Shown: positions 16,100-24,386 of the stretch, one piece after another
Numbering within the stretch: position 1 is the stretch's first letter
How the letters are laid out: every line of letters starts with the position of its first letter
NCBI GenBank assembly: GCA_964465315.1
Contig: CAYXIK010000007.1
Span: 18,840-82,839 of the forward strand
DNA: 64,000 nucleotides
Direction: 5' to 3'
DNA from: an uncultured Gemmatimonadaceae bacterium
Lineage (GTDB): Bacteria > Gemmatimonadota > Gemmatimonadetes > Gemmatimonadales > GWC2-71-9
Translations under genes and position numbers: made by a program
The notes under the pieces: generated by a model
Databases searched by the model: none
The model's input: the letters and a program-made list of their open reading frames with translations, nothing else
Told to the model about the DNA's origin: nothing

Positions 16100-16551
16100 G
16101 AGCGCGTGCCCTTGACGCCGCGCGCCAGCTCCCGCTCCGCTACGCGCCGCTTCAGCTCTTCACGTTTGTCGTGCAGTTTCTTGGCCTTCGCCAGCGCGAT
16201 CGCGACCTTCGCGATGCCGTCCTTGAAGTAGAGTTCGAGCGGGACGATCGTGAGTCCCTTCCGGCTGGTTCCGCCGATGAGCTTGCGAATCTCCTGGCCA
16301 TGGAGAAGCAGCTTGCGAGAGCGCGCGGGCGGCGGGTTGTTGTAGCTCCCGGGTCGATACGCCGCGATGGTCATGCCCTCGAGCCACACCTCGCCGCGGC
16401 GGACGTGCGCGTAGGCTTCACCGAGGCTCGCCTTGCCCGCACGGAGCGACTTGACCTCCGTGCCCGTGAGCACCAAGCCTGCCTCCCACGTCTCCAGGAG
16501 ATGGTAGTCATGTCGCGCCCGCGGATTACGGGCGATGGAGACTTTGTCCAC
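16096..16551 (-). CDS. smpB: SsrA-binding protein SmpB
   Basis: 151 aa with a GTG start. Contains IARNPRARHDYHLLETWEAGLVLTGTEVKSLR. Confidence 0.9.
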   Translation of the reverse strand: MDKVSIARNPRARHDYHLLETWEAGLVLTGTEVKSLRAGKASLGEAYAHVRRGEVWLEGMTIAAYRPGSYNNPPPARSRKLLLHGQEIRKLIGGTSRKGLTIVPLELYFKDGIAKVAIALAKAKKLHDKREELKRRVAERELARGVKGTRS

Positions 16552-16562
16552 CGGGCCAGCGC

Positions 16563-16591
16563 AAGATAGAAATGGCGATGACAGCGGTCAA
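16563..16591 (-). promoter_or_regulatory. sigma70-like promoter for smpB (TTGACC-17-TATCTT), 11 nt before the GTG start
   Basis: On the minus strand, TTGACC is at 16586-16591, followed by a 17-nt spacer and TATCTT at 16563-16568. This implies a 5' UTR of only a few nucleotides. Confidence 0.45.
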
Positions 16592-16599
16592 GCCAAGAG

Positions 16600-16629
16600 T
16601 TGACTTGGGGTTATACCGCCGTCTAATAT
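16600..16629 (+). promoter_or_regulatory. sigma70-like promoter for tRNA-Leu (TTGACT-18-TAATAT)
   Basis: TTGACT is at 16600-16605 and TAATAT at 16624-16629. It ends 18 nt upstream of the tRNA 5' end and sits back-to-back with the smpB promoter. Confidence 0.5.
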
Positions 16630-16647
16630 TCGCCGTTCCGCGAACCC

Positions 16648-16732
<85 letters not shown>

Positions 16733-16754
16733 CAAGTCGGCACGCCTTCGAACG

Positions 16755-18191
16755 TCAATACCGCGGCAGCGATCGGTCCACGTTCACGGCCCACGCGTCG
16801 ATGCCGCCGCGCAGACTACGCACCTTCGAAAAGCCCGCGGCCTTCAGGATCTCCAGCGCCTTGAGCGAGCGCGACCCGTGATGGCAGTGGGTCACGATGT
16901 CCTGGTGACCGTCCAGCTCGCCGAGCCGGTCCGGTAGCTCGCTCAGCGGGATGAGCCGCGCACCATCGATGTGCGCGATCGCGTGCTCGTGCGGATCGCG
17001 TACGTCGATCACGAGCAAGTTCGGGTTGCGTTGCCATTCGTCCTTCAGCTGCTCGGCGCTGATCTCCACCCCTTCGTAGGACGGCTCGGCGCCGATGCCG
17101 CAGAACGCCTCATAATCAATCAGCTCGGTGATCGTGGGGCGACGGCCGCAGACCGGGCAGTCGGGATCCTTCTCGAGCCGCAGCTCACGGAATTGCAGCT
17201 TGAGGGCGTCGAACAACACCAGGCGTCCGATGAGCGGCTCGCCCGCGCCGAGGATCAGCTTGATAGTCTCCATCGCCTGGATCGAGCCGATGATGCCGGG
17301 TAGGACGCCAAGGACGCCCCCTTCCGCGCACGACGGGACCAGACCCGGCGGCGGGGGCTCCGCGTAGAGACAGCGGTAGCAGGGACCTCGCTTCGCGTGA
17401 AACACCGATGCCTGTCCCTCGAAGCGGAAAATGGAGCCGTAGACATTCGGCTTGTCGAGCAGGACGCACGCGTCATTCACGAGGTAGCGGGTCGGGAAGT
17501 TGTCCGTCCCGTCCGCCACGACGTCGAACTCACGGATGATGTCGAGAGCGTTCTCGGACGTCAGCCGGGTGTCGAACGGCTCGACCCGCACGTTCGGATT
17601 CAGATCGTGGATGCGCGCCGCCGCGGACTCGAGCTTGGACGTACCGACCGTGGAGGTGCCGTGCAGGATCTGCCGCTGCAGGTTGGTCTTGTCCACGACA
17701 TCGAAATCCACGATGCCGATGGTACCGACGCCAGCGGCCGCCAGATACAGGGCGGCCGGTGATCCCAGTCCCCCTGCCCCTACGAGCAGCACGCGCGCCG
17801 CCTTGAGCTTCTTTTGCCCTTCGACGCCCACGTCCGGGAGGATGAGATGGCGCGAGTAGCGCAGGATCTCTTCGTGCGACAATACGGGCGCCGCAGGCTG
17901 CGCCCCTACGGTAGCCGTCCCTCCCGCGATGCTTGGGATGATCGAGACCGTGTCGCCCGCTTTGACCGGCGTGTCGCGCTGGGCGAGCTGCCGGATATCG
18001 CGGTCGTTCACATACACATTGACAAAGCTGCGCAACCGGCCGTCCTCAGCAAAAAGATGCTGCTTCAACGTCGTGTGCTCACCGGTCAGCCGCTCGAGTA
18101 ACTCTCCCACGCTCCCGGCTTCGACCTGGAGGGCGTCGCGCCCGCCTACGAAGGGACGCAACGGCGTGGGGATCAGGACCGTCACCGCCAT
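16755..18191 (-). CDS. three-domain fusion: MoaD/ThiS/CysO-like beta-grasp sulfur carrier (ends ..IAGG), MoeB/ThiF/MoeZ-type E1-like adenylyltransferase, and a C-terminal rhodanese
   Basis: 478 aa. Residues 1-91 read MAVTVLIPTPLRPFVGG...GDTVSIIPSIAGG, with the Gly-Gly encoded at 17919-17924. Then LRYSRHLILPDVG...VLLVGAGGLGSPAALYLAAAG and CxxC pairs (CYRC, CPVC). The C-terminal rhodanese has the active-site loop THCHHGSRS. Confidence 0.85.
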   Translation of the reverse strand: MAVTVLIPTPLRPFVGGRDALQVEAGSVGELLERLTGEHTTLKQHLFAEDGRLRSFVNVYVNDRDIRQLAQRDTPVKAGDTVSIIPSIAGGTATVGAQPAAPVLSHEEILRYSRHLILPDVGVEGQKKLKAARVLLVGAGGLGSPAALYLAAAGVGTIGIVDFDVVDKTNLQRQILHGTSTVGTSKLESAAARIHDLNPNVRVEPFDTRLTSENALDIIREFDVVADGTDNFPTRYLVNDACVLLDKPNVYGSIFRFEGQASVFHAKRGPCYRCLYAEPPPPGLVPSCAEGGVLGVLPGIIGSIQAMETIKLILGAGEPLIGRLVLFDALKLQFRELRLEKDPDCPVCGRRPTITELIDYEAFCGIGAEPSYEGVEISAEQLKDEWQRNPNLLVIDVRDPHEHAIAHIDGARLIPLSELPDRLGELDGHQDIVTHCHHGSRSLKALEILKAAGFSKVRSLRGGIDAWAVNVDRSLPRY

Positions 18192-18625
18192 ACGACCTTC
18201 CGTTCCTCGTTGGTGATCTCCTCTTCCTCGAATATCCCACGATCGTCCGCGAGAACCCAGCTCTTCAGGTCGGCCGCCCTACCGCGTTCCACGCCAACGA
18301 TGACGTAGGAAAACCTGGGCCAGGCCTGCTCCCGGTCGAACGCCGAGGGCACCGGTGGATGATCGGGATGGGAATGATACACGCCGATCACGTCGAGACC
18401 GTCACGTTCCAGCCGCTCCTCGCCGCGCCTGAACGATTCCGGGTCGATCAAGTAACGATTGCGCGCCGAGTCGGTCCGCCGGTTCACGAGCGGCACCAGC
18501 TGAACCGCGACCTTGTCGTGCCCCTCGACACTCCCGCCGATCAAGCCACAGGCCTCCGCCGGGTAGTCCGCCTCGCCGTGCCGACGAATCGCCGATGCGT
18601 GTCTTGGATCGAGCACGAGTGTCAC
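18182..18625 (-). CDS. JAMM/MPN+ family metallopeptidase (Mec/CysO-peptidase-like)
   Basis: 147 aa. Carries the E (AEACGLIGG) and HSHPDHPPVPSAFD elements, which fit the JAMM motif E-x(n)-H-S-H-x7-S-x2-D. Confidence 0.85.
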   Translation of the reverse strand: MTLVLDPRHASAIRRHGEADYPAEACGLIGGSVEGHDKVAVQLVPLVNRRTDSARNRYLIDPESFRRGEERLERDGLDVIGVYHSHPDHPPVPSAFDREQAWPRFSYVIVGVERGRAADLKSWVLADDRGIFEEEEITNEERKVVWR

Positions 18626-19590
18626 GCGATCTCTCTCTCCCCCGTAAGCCTTCGGGGCTCGCTCAGGTAGCGGGTCCCCGAGTCCGGCGCCACGACGACG
18701 ACGACGTCGGACGATCGGACAGTCGCATGGTCGGACAGGACACGCTCCGCGGCCACGAGTGCCGCCCCCGTGGACCAGCCTACCAACAGTCCAGCTTCCC
18801 TGGCCAGCCGTCTGACGGCGTCCTCGCCGTCCTCCGTCGCCACGAACTCTGTCTGGTCCGCCAGTGCTGGATCGTAAATGCCGGGCACGATCGCGGTCGC
18901 CAGGTGCTTCAGTCCTTCGAGGCCGTGGAACGGCCCGTCGGGCTGCACGGCGACCAGCTCAATCTCTGGCTTCAATTCCTTTAACCGCCGACCGGCGCCC
19001 ATCATCGTGCCGGTGGTACCCAGCCCCGCCACGAAGTGCGTGACCCGGCCCGCCGTCTGGCGCCAGATCTCCTCGGCGGTCGTCACGTAGTGCGACCGGA
19101 CGTTGGCTGGATGGTTGTATTGATCCGCATACCAGTACCGCTCCGGCTCCGCAACCGCGAGCGCGCGAGCCGCCCGGATCGCTCCGTCCGACCCCTCGAG
19201 TGGATCCGTGAAAATGACCTCGGCTCCGTGCGCCTCGAGCAGTGCCTTCCGCTCGGCGCTCGCGTTGCGGGGGACACACACCGTCACGCCGATTCCCGCC
19301 GCGACCCCGAGGGTCGCGTACCCGATGGCGGTATTGCCGCTGGACGCGTCGAGGAGGCGCTTGCGGGGCAACTCGCCCCGCGCGATGCCGTCGCGAAGGA
19401 TGAACAACGCTGGACGGTCCTTGACGGAGCCGCTCGGGTTGAACCATTCACATTTCAGCAGGACGGTCCGACCGTGAGACAGTCGGACGGGCGTGAGCGG
19501 CGTATTACCGACCAGCGCCCAGAGCGCCGGCTCGGCAAACGTCTTGCTGCTCGCACATCCGACCGTTCGACGGTCCGCGGCCGTCTTCAT
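18622..19590 (-). CDS. cysM: PLP-dependent cysteine synthase (CysM/CysK family; by context a sulfur-carrier-thiocarboxylate-dependent CysM)
   Basis: Begins MKTAADRR and contains LVGNTPLTPV...KCEWFNPSGSVKDRPA...SSGNTAIG...GLGTTGTMMG. The ATG at 19588-19590 overlaps the rhodanese stop (ATGA). The upstream 166 aa of the track ORF are out of frame with the rhodanese gene. Confidence 0.85.
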   Translation of the reverse strand: MKTAADRRTVGCASSKTFAEPALWALVGNTPLTPVRLSHGRTVLLKCEWFNPSGSVKDRPALFILRDGIARGELPRKRLLDASSGNTAIGYATLGVAAGIGVTVCVPRNASAERKALLEAHGAEVIFTDPLEGSDGAIRAARALAVAEPERYWYADQYNHPANVRSHYVTTAEEIWRQTAGRVTHFVAGLGTTGTMMGAGRRLKELKPEIELVAVQPDGPFHGLEGLKHLATAIVPGIYDPALADQTEFVATEDGEDAVRRLAREAGLLVGWSTGAALVAAERVLSDHATVRSSDVVVVVAPDSGTRYLSEPRRLTGEREIA

Positions 19591-20438
19591 TCCGCTCCCT
19601 TCACAATCGGCGCACCGACCAGGTTCCCCCACTCCGTCCACGAGCCGTCGTAGTTGCGCACCTTCTTCACGCCCAACAGGTACTTGAGCGCGAACCACGT
19701 GTGGCTCGACCGCTCCCCGATGCGGCAATACGCGATCACTTCGTCCTTGCCATCGATCACCTTCGCGCCTTTGTACAGCTGCATCAGGTCCTCGTACGGC
19801 TTGAAGGTGCCGTCTTGAGCCACCGCCTGACTCCACGGAATGTTCTTCGCGCCCGGAATGTGTCCGGCCCGTTGCGCCGTCTCCGTCATGCCCGGCGGCG
19901 CAATGATTTCGCCGACGAATTCTGGTTTGGAGCGCACGTCGACGAGCGCCGTCTTCTTGGCTTTGAGCGCCTTTTCCACCTCCTGCCGCTTGGCGCGGAT
20001 CGACGCGTTCGCCTTCTTCGGGACCGGGTAGGTGGACCGCCGGACGGTCGCGCGGTCGGACACGAGCGGTCGACCTTCCGCGACCCACTTGGCCCGCCCG
20101 CCGTTCATGAGTTTCGCGTTCGTGTGCCCGTACAATTGCAGCAGCCAGAAGGCGAACGCCGCAAACCAGTTGTTATTGTCGCCGTAGAGAACCACCGTCG
20201 TCTTAGAAGTCACCCCGGCCTCGGAGAGCAGCTTGGCGAAGGCCGTTTTGTCCGGGATGTCCCGGCGCACAGGGTCGTTGAGCTGGGATTGCCAGTTCCA
20301 GCCCACAGCGCCGGCGACGTGGCCGGCATCGTACGCCGTCGTGTCCACGTCGACCTCGATCAGTCGGATGGCCGGATCGCTGAGGTGGGCAGCCACCCAG
20401 TCGGTCGACACGAGCGCCTCGGGATGCGCGTATGGCAC
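19587..20438 (-). CDS. two-domain rhodanese (thiosulfate/3-mercaptopyruvate sulfurtransferase)
   Basis: Contains LVSTDWVAAHL and the active-site loop YCRIGERSSHTWF. The track start is a TTG at 20450. A GTG at 20436-20438 has GGAGG 5 nt upstream and is preferred. Confidence 0.85.
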   Translation of the reverse strand: MPYAHPEALVSTDWVAAHLSDPAIRLIEVDVDTTAYDAGHVAGAVGWNWQSQLNDPVRRDIPDKTAFAKLLSEAGVTSKTTVVLYGDNNNWFAAFAFWLLQLYGHTNAKLMNGGRAKWVAEGRPLVSDRATVRRSTYPVPKKANASIRAKRQEVEKALKAKKTALVDVRSKPEFVGEIIAPPGMTETAQRAGHIPGAKNIPWSQAVAQDGTFKPYEDLMQLYKGAKVIDGKDEVIAYCRIGERSSHTWFALKYLLGVKKVRNYDGSWTEWGNLVGAPIVKGAE

Positions 20439-20513
20439 GGTTGCCTCCAATTCGGTTAAACCCGACAGTGCCAGTCGGGTTTCAGTTGAAAAAAAACAAT
20501 CGGGACGGCCGAA

Positions 20514-20966
20514 CTAGTTCCCGGCCAGAACCCCGGCGATTTGGTACAGCTCGGGTTCGTCGTGCGTGAGATCGGCGAGCGAAATGCCGGCCAGCAAATT
20601 GTTGATCCGCTGCTCGAGCATTCGCCAGACCGGCCGGATGCTACACGACGCATCCGGACTACATCGCTGAGGATCGACGGGATGGAGATCGCAGTTGACT
20701 TCGAAGGTGACGTGCTCGGAGGCCTCGACCACGTCCTTGACGCTGATGGCTTGCGGCTCACGGGCGAGGTGATAGCCACCCTTTGCCCCGCGGACCGACT
20801 CGACCAGCCCGCCACGCCGCAAACGGAGGAGAATCTGCTCCACGTAATCGTGCGGCAACCGCTCCTGCTCGGCAAGCTCACGCGCCGCAACCGGCCCCTG
20901 CCCCGCGCGCTTGGCGAGGTTCAGCGACACGATCAACCCGTACTCGGCCCAGGTGGTGACGCGCAT
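20514..20966 (-). CDS. Rrf2 family transcriptional regulator (IscR/CymR-like)
   Basis: 150 aa, beginning MRVTTWAEYGLIVSLNLAKRAG, and containing GLVESVRGAKGGYHLAR. The C-terminal half has Cys residues (NCDL...RCSPDASC), possibly Fe-S ligands. Confidence 0.85.
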   Translation of the reverse strand: MRVTTWAEYGLIVSLNLAKRAGQGPVAARELAEQERLPHDYVEQILLRLRRGGLVESVRGAKGGYHLAREPQAISVKDVVEASEHVTFEVNCDLHPVDPQRCSPDASCSIRPVWRMLEQRINNLLAGISLADLTHDEPELYQIAGVLAGN

Positions 20967-20972
20967 GGAGGG

Positions 20973-21001
20973 AATATGGGAGTTTGGTTTGCGGGATTCA
21001 A
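20973..21001 (-). promoter_or_regulatory. sigma70-like promoter (TTGAAT-17-CATATT) ending 6 nt before the Rrf2 ATG; predicts a leaderless mRNA
   Basis: The minus strand reads TTGAAT (20996-21001), a 17-nt spacer, CATATT (20973-20978), CCCTCC, then ATG (20964-20966). There is no Shine-Dalgarno sequence. Confidence 0.45.
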
Positions 21002-22032
21002 TGGGACCGCCCGCCGCCCATGCGCGGGCTGACGGAGCCCCCCACCTGCACTCCGAAGACGTTTTCCCCGGAATTGCGCTGCAGCCACAGCAGACGCCCG
21101 TTCAGGTTCCACATGATGCGGCTGCCGTAGAAGTCAGCTCCGATCCCCCCGTGCAGTCCCTGAGCCATACCGCGGTCGGGACCTTGGGAGTACACGCCCG
21201 CTAGGAGGAACCCGGCCTCGCCGTATAGCCGCCCCCAGGGAGGACGGACCGACGTCTCGTAGCCCGGGGCGAAGAGGATCGCGTTCGGCTGGCAGCCGGG
21301 CGCGCAGCTTCCGGCCGTGACCTCCAGGGGCGCGAAGTCGACTTGCAATCCCAGGGTGCCCGATTTCTTCGTATCCCGACGAAACCGGACGCCAACGAAC
21401 GGACCGCGGCCGCGGAGGGGACCGGAGATCGGAATCAAGACGCTCGCGACCGGCCCCAGGGTGCCCTCCAAGAACTCACCCTTGCGCGGAGGCCCCAGGG
21501 CGACCGACGCACTGGCAACGGCCTCGAGCGCCTGAATGTCGCTCCCCGGGACCTGGAGGAACCGGCCTTCGAGTGTGGCCACAGCGGCGTTTCCAGCGTT
21601 GAGCCGCACGCCCAGGCCGAACGCCAGCGCGAGCTGGCTCGTGGTGGAGACGGTGTCGCCGCATAGCAACAGGCACCCCGGCTTCGCTTCGGCCACGCGC
21701 GCGAGGCCGAGGGTCGTGCCGGCAAACGGGGCGAGGACGCCCCGCGCGCCCACGGGATAATAGTAGGAGTCGAGACCGAACAGCGTGAGGCGCCGCGTCC
21801 GGCCGTCGGTCGACAGGTCGTGATACCGGGAGATCGTGAGCCCCGTCTCGCCATCGTCGCCAGTGATGAGGGCGACCGAGCCACCGAACGACGAGAACGT
21901 GTGGCTCACGCCGGAGAGATCTTCCAGGGTCAGCGACGAGTACACCGGGCCGAGGCGGAACCGCCGCTGTGCCTGCGCGGCGCCGACTGCGATTACCGAA
22001 AGGGCCGCCGCGGCAAAGAAGATCTTGCGCAT
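20998..22032 (-). CDS. hypothetical secreted/outer-membrane protein
   Basis: 344 aa with signal peptide MRKIFFAAAALSVIAVGAAQAQ. It is Gly/aromatic-rich with an alternating pattern suggestive of a beta-barrel. I recognised no family. Confidence 0.5.
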   Translation of the reverse strand: MRKIFFAAAALSVIAVGAAQAQRRFRLGPVYSSLTLEDLSGVSHTFSSFGGSVALITGDDGETGLTISRYHDLSTDGRTRRLTLFGLDSYYYPVGARGVLAPFAGTTLGLARVAEAKPGCLLLCGDTVSTTSQLALAFGLGVRLNAGNAAVATLEGRFLQVPGSDIQALEAVASASVALGPPRKGEFLEGTLGPVASVLIPISGPLRGRGPFVGVRFRRDTKKSGTLGLQVDFAPLEVTAGSCAPGCQPNAILFAPGYETSVRPPWGRLYGEAGFLLAGVYSQGPDRGMAQGLHGGIGADFYGSRIMWNLNGRLLWLQRNSGENVFGVQVGGSVSPRMGGGRSH

Positions 22033-22111
22033 GCGACCACGAATAACGAGCGCGGGGGGTCGCGTTCGGTGACTCGAATCACGACTCCCCCAACGCCCCG
22101 CGTGACGCCGG

Positions 22112-22534
22112 TTACTTCATCAGCAATCCGACCAGAAGCCCCGCGACGTTCATGCGCACGAGCCAGGACACCGCCGTTGCTTTGAGCAACGGCCGCACCT
22201 TGTCGTACCACACGCCGCTCCCGAGGGTCGAAAGGAGAATAGTCGGAAGCCAGAGGACGGTGGCGAACTCCATGCCCGCGAGCAAGCCGCCGCTCTTCAC
22301 CCAGAGCGCGCCGCGGAACTGTCCGTAGAACCACGCGAACAGCACGCCGAAGACGAGCGCCAGCGCGGCGGACTTGGGCATGTTGGCGGCCATCATCTTC
22401 TTTCCTTCCTCCGGCGTCGGAGGGAACGTCCCGAAGGCCATCATCTCGGGACCGGTGAAGACCTTTCCCCACATCACCCAATCGGCGAGAAACGCGCCCA
22501 CGCCACCAATCAGTCCAGCGACGATCCAGCTCAT
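22112..22534 (-). CDS. small integral membrane protein (DUF1761-like, tentative)
   Basis: 140 aa with about four hydrophobic segments. AAGGAGG lies upstream of the ATG. Confidence 0.5.
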   Translation of the reverse strand: MSWIVAGLIGGVGAFLADWVMWGKVFTGPEMMAFGTFPPTPEEGKKMMAANMPKSAALALVFGVLFAWFYGQFRGALWVKSGGLLAGMEFATVLWLPTILLSTLGSGVWYDKVRPLLKATAVSWLVRMNVAGLLVGLLMK

Positions 22535-22590
22535 GCGGTTCCTCCTTCTGGAGTATGGGACTGCAGACGGCCGTCCTCGCTACGCAATCC

Positions 22591-23997
22591 TCACCTGCGT
22601 TGTCCCGGGACTCCCAACTCGGTCATGGCCAGCAGATCGAGCACTTCTTCGAGGTCCTTTCCCTTCAGCAGGCCTTTCTCGACGACTAGCTGCCGCACCG
22701 TAACGTTCTTTGCCACGGCCTCCTTGGCGAGCTTTGCCGCTTCCGCGTAACCGATCTTGGGAGCCAGCGCCGTGACGAGCGCAGGGCTGCGCTCGAGCCA
22801 GTGCTCGCACTGTGCGCGGTCCGCCTCCACCCCTTCGACGGAACGCTCCGACAGCACGCGGGAAGCGTTCGTAATCAGGAGCATCGTGAACAACAGGTTG
22901 TGCGCGATCACCGGCATCATGACGTTGAGCTCGAGCTGGCCCGCTTCGCTCGCGGTGGCGACGGTGACGTCGTTCCCCAGAGCCTGATAGCAGACCATGT
23001 TCACCATCTCGGCGATCGACGGGTTCACCTTTCCGGGCATGATGCTCGAGCCCGGCTGGACCGGCGGCAGCGTGATCTCGGCAACGCCGGTGCGCGGGCC
23101 CGACGCGAGCAGGCGAAGGTCGCTGGCGATCTTCCCGAGGTCCATGGCGTACGTGCGGAGCGCGCCCGAGAACGCGGCCGCGTCCCCCATCGACTGCATC
23201 AGCTGGACGCGGTCCCTCCCTTCGCGGAGCGCGATCCCGGTGATGGCCCCCAGGTGCTTCACCATGAGTGCGGGGTACGCCGGCTCGGCGTTCAGCCCGG
23301 TTCCTACCGCCGTGCCACCGATCCCGAGCTCGCGCAGCGCATCCGCCGCTCCGGCCACGCGGTCCCGGTTGCGCTCGACAGTGTGGCCGTAGGCGCTGAA
23401 CTCCTGGCCGAGCCGGATCGGTGTGGCGTCCTGCAAATGCGTGCGCCCGGACTTGAGAATGCGGTCGAACGCCTTCCCCTTGGCGAGGAGGGCGGCGGCC
23501 AGCCGTCCCATGGCGTCGAGCAGCAGGGGCAGCTCGGCGAGGGCGGCCAAGCGGATGGCTGTGGGGATCACGTCGTTGGTGGACTGCGCCATGTTGACGT
23601 GGTCGTTCGGGTGCACCGGCGCGTAGGCGCCGCGCTCGGCGCCGAGCAGCTCATTGGCGCGATTGGCAAGGACCTCGTTCGCGTTCATGTTGTGTGAGGT
23701 CCCCGCCCCTGCCTGATAGGGGTCCACGACGAACTGGTCCCGGTGCTGACCGCCCAACACTTCGTCGGCCGCCCGCACGATCGCGTCGGCGAGCTTCGGG
23801 TCGAGGCGACCGGTTTCCTTGTGCGTGAGGGCGGCGGCCTTCTTTATTCGGACGACCGCATCGACGAATGCGGCGAGGGGCCGCAGGTGGGAGATCGGGA
23901 AATTGCGGCGGGCCCGCTCGGTCTGAATCCCGTACAGCGCGTCGGCGGGAACGGCCAGCTCACCCAGGGAGTCACGCTCGACGCGGGTCGCGCTCAT
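22591..23997 (-). CDS. aspA: aspartate ammonia-lyase (class II fumarase/aspartase family)
   Basis: Begins MSATRVERDSLGELAVPADALYGIQTERARRNF. Contains QAGAGTSHNMNANEVLANR, HPNDHVNMAQSTND and GSSIMPGKVNP. The QAGAGTS motif favours aspartase over FumC. The start at 23997 has GGAGG upstream. The track ORF extends to 24198. Confidence 0.85.
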   Translation of the reverse strand: MSATRVERDSLGELAVPADALYGIQTERARRNFPISHLRPLAAFVDAVVRIKKAAALTHKETGRLDPKLADAIVRAADEVLGGQHRDQFVVDPYQAGAGTSHNMNANEVLANRANELLGAERGAYAPVHPNDHVNMAQSTNDVIPTAIRLAALAELPLLLDAMGRLAAALLAKGKAFDRILKSGRTHLQDATPIRLGQEFSAYGHTVERNRDRVAGAADALRELGIGGTAVGTGLNAEPAYPALMVKHLGAITGIALREGRDRVQLMQSMGDAAAFSGALRTYAMDLGKIASDLRLLASGPRTGVAEITLPPVQPGSSIMPGKVNPSIAEMVNMVCYQALGNDVTVATASEAGQLELNVMMPVIAHNLLFTMLLITNASRVLSERSVEGVEADRAQCEHWLERSPALVTALAPKIGYAEAAKLAKEAVAKNVTVRQLVVEKGLLKGKDLEEVLDLLAMTELGVPGQRR

Positions 23998-24052
23998 CGC
24001 CTCCGTCCGTCGTTCGGTCACGGCGCCGTCGGTCTCAAACCAGGAATCGCCC

Positions 24053-24385
24053 ATGGATGCCCAGGATCTCTCGCAGCATCTCGCCGCACGCGCGCGTTTC
24101 TCGGCGACCAAGATGACCAAGATCGACTGCTTCCGCTCCTCGCGGCTCCTGGTCGGTCTCAACTGCTTCGAGCCAGGACAGGAGCAGACGGTGCACACTC
24201 ATCCGGGCGCCGACAAATTCTATTTCGTTGTCAGTGGAAAGGCGAGGTTCGTCGTGGGCAACACGACGCTCGAGGCGGCCTCCGGGGACCTCATCCTCGC
24301 GCCTGAGGGTGTCCGGCACGGGGTGGAGCGCGCGCTCGAGCGAACGATCGTCCTGGTCGGCATCGCGCCCCCGCCGTCCGCATAG
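24053..24385 (+). CDS. cupin domain protein
   Basis: 110 aa, containing GQEQTVHTHPGADKFYFVVSGKARF...ILAPEGVRHGV (cupin motifs 1 and 2). An alternative ATG lies at 24113. Confidence 0.65.
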   Translation: MDAQDLSQHLAARARFSATKMTKIDCFRSSRLLVGLNCFEPGQEQTVHTHPGADKFYFVVSGKARFVVGNTTLEAASGDLILAPEGVRHGVERALERTIVLVGIAPPPSA

Positions 24386-24386
24386 A

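Noticed and set aside
24052-24055. Apparent CATG start-codon overlap between aspA (the M at 24054) and the cupin gene.
   Set aside because: The aspartase family N-terminus (MSATRVERDSLGE...) begins at the ATG at 23997, which has GGAGG upstream. aspA therefore probably does not reach the cupin start, and this is not counted among the head-to-head overlaps.
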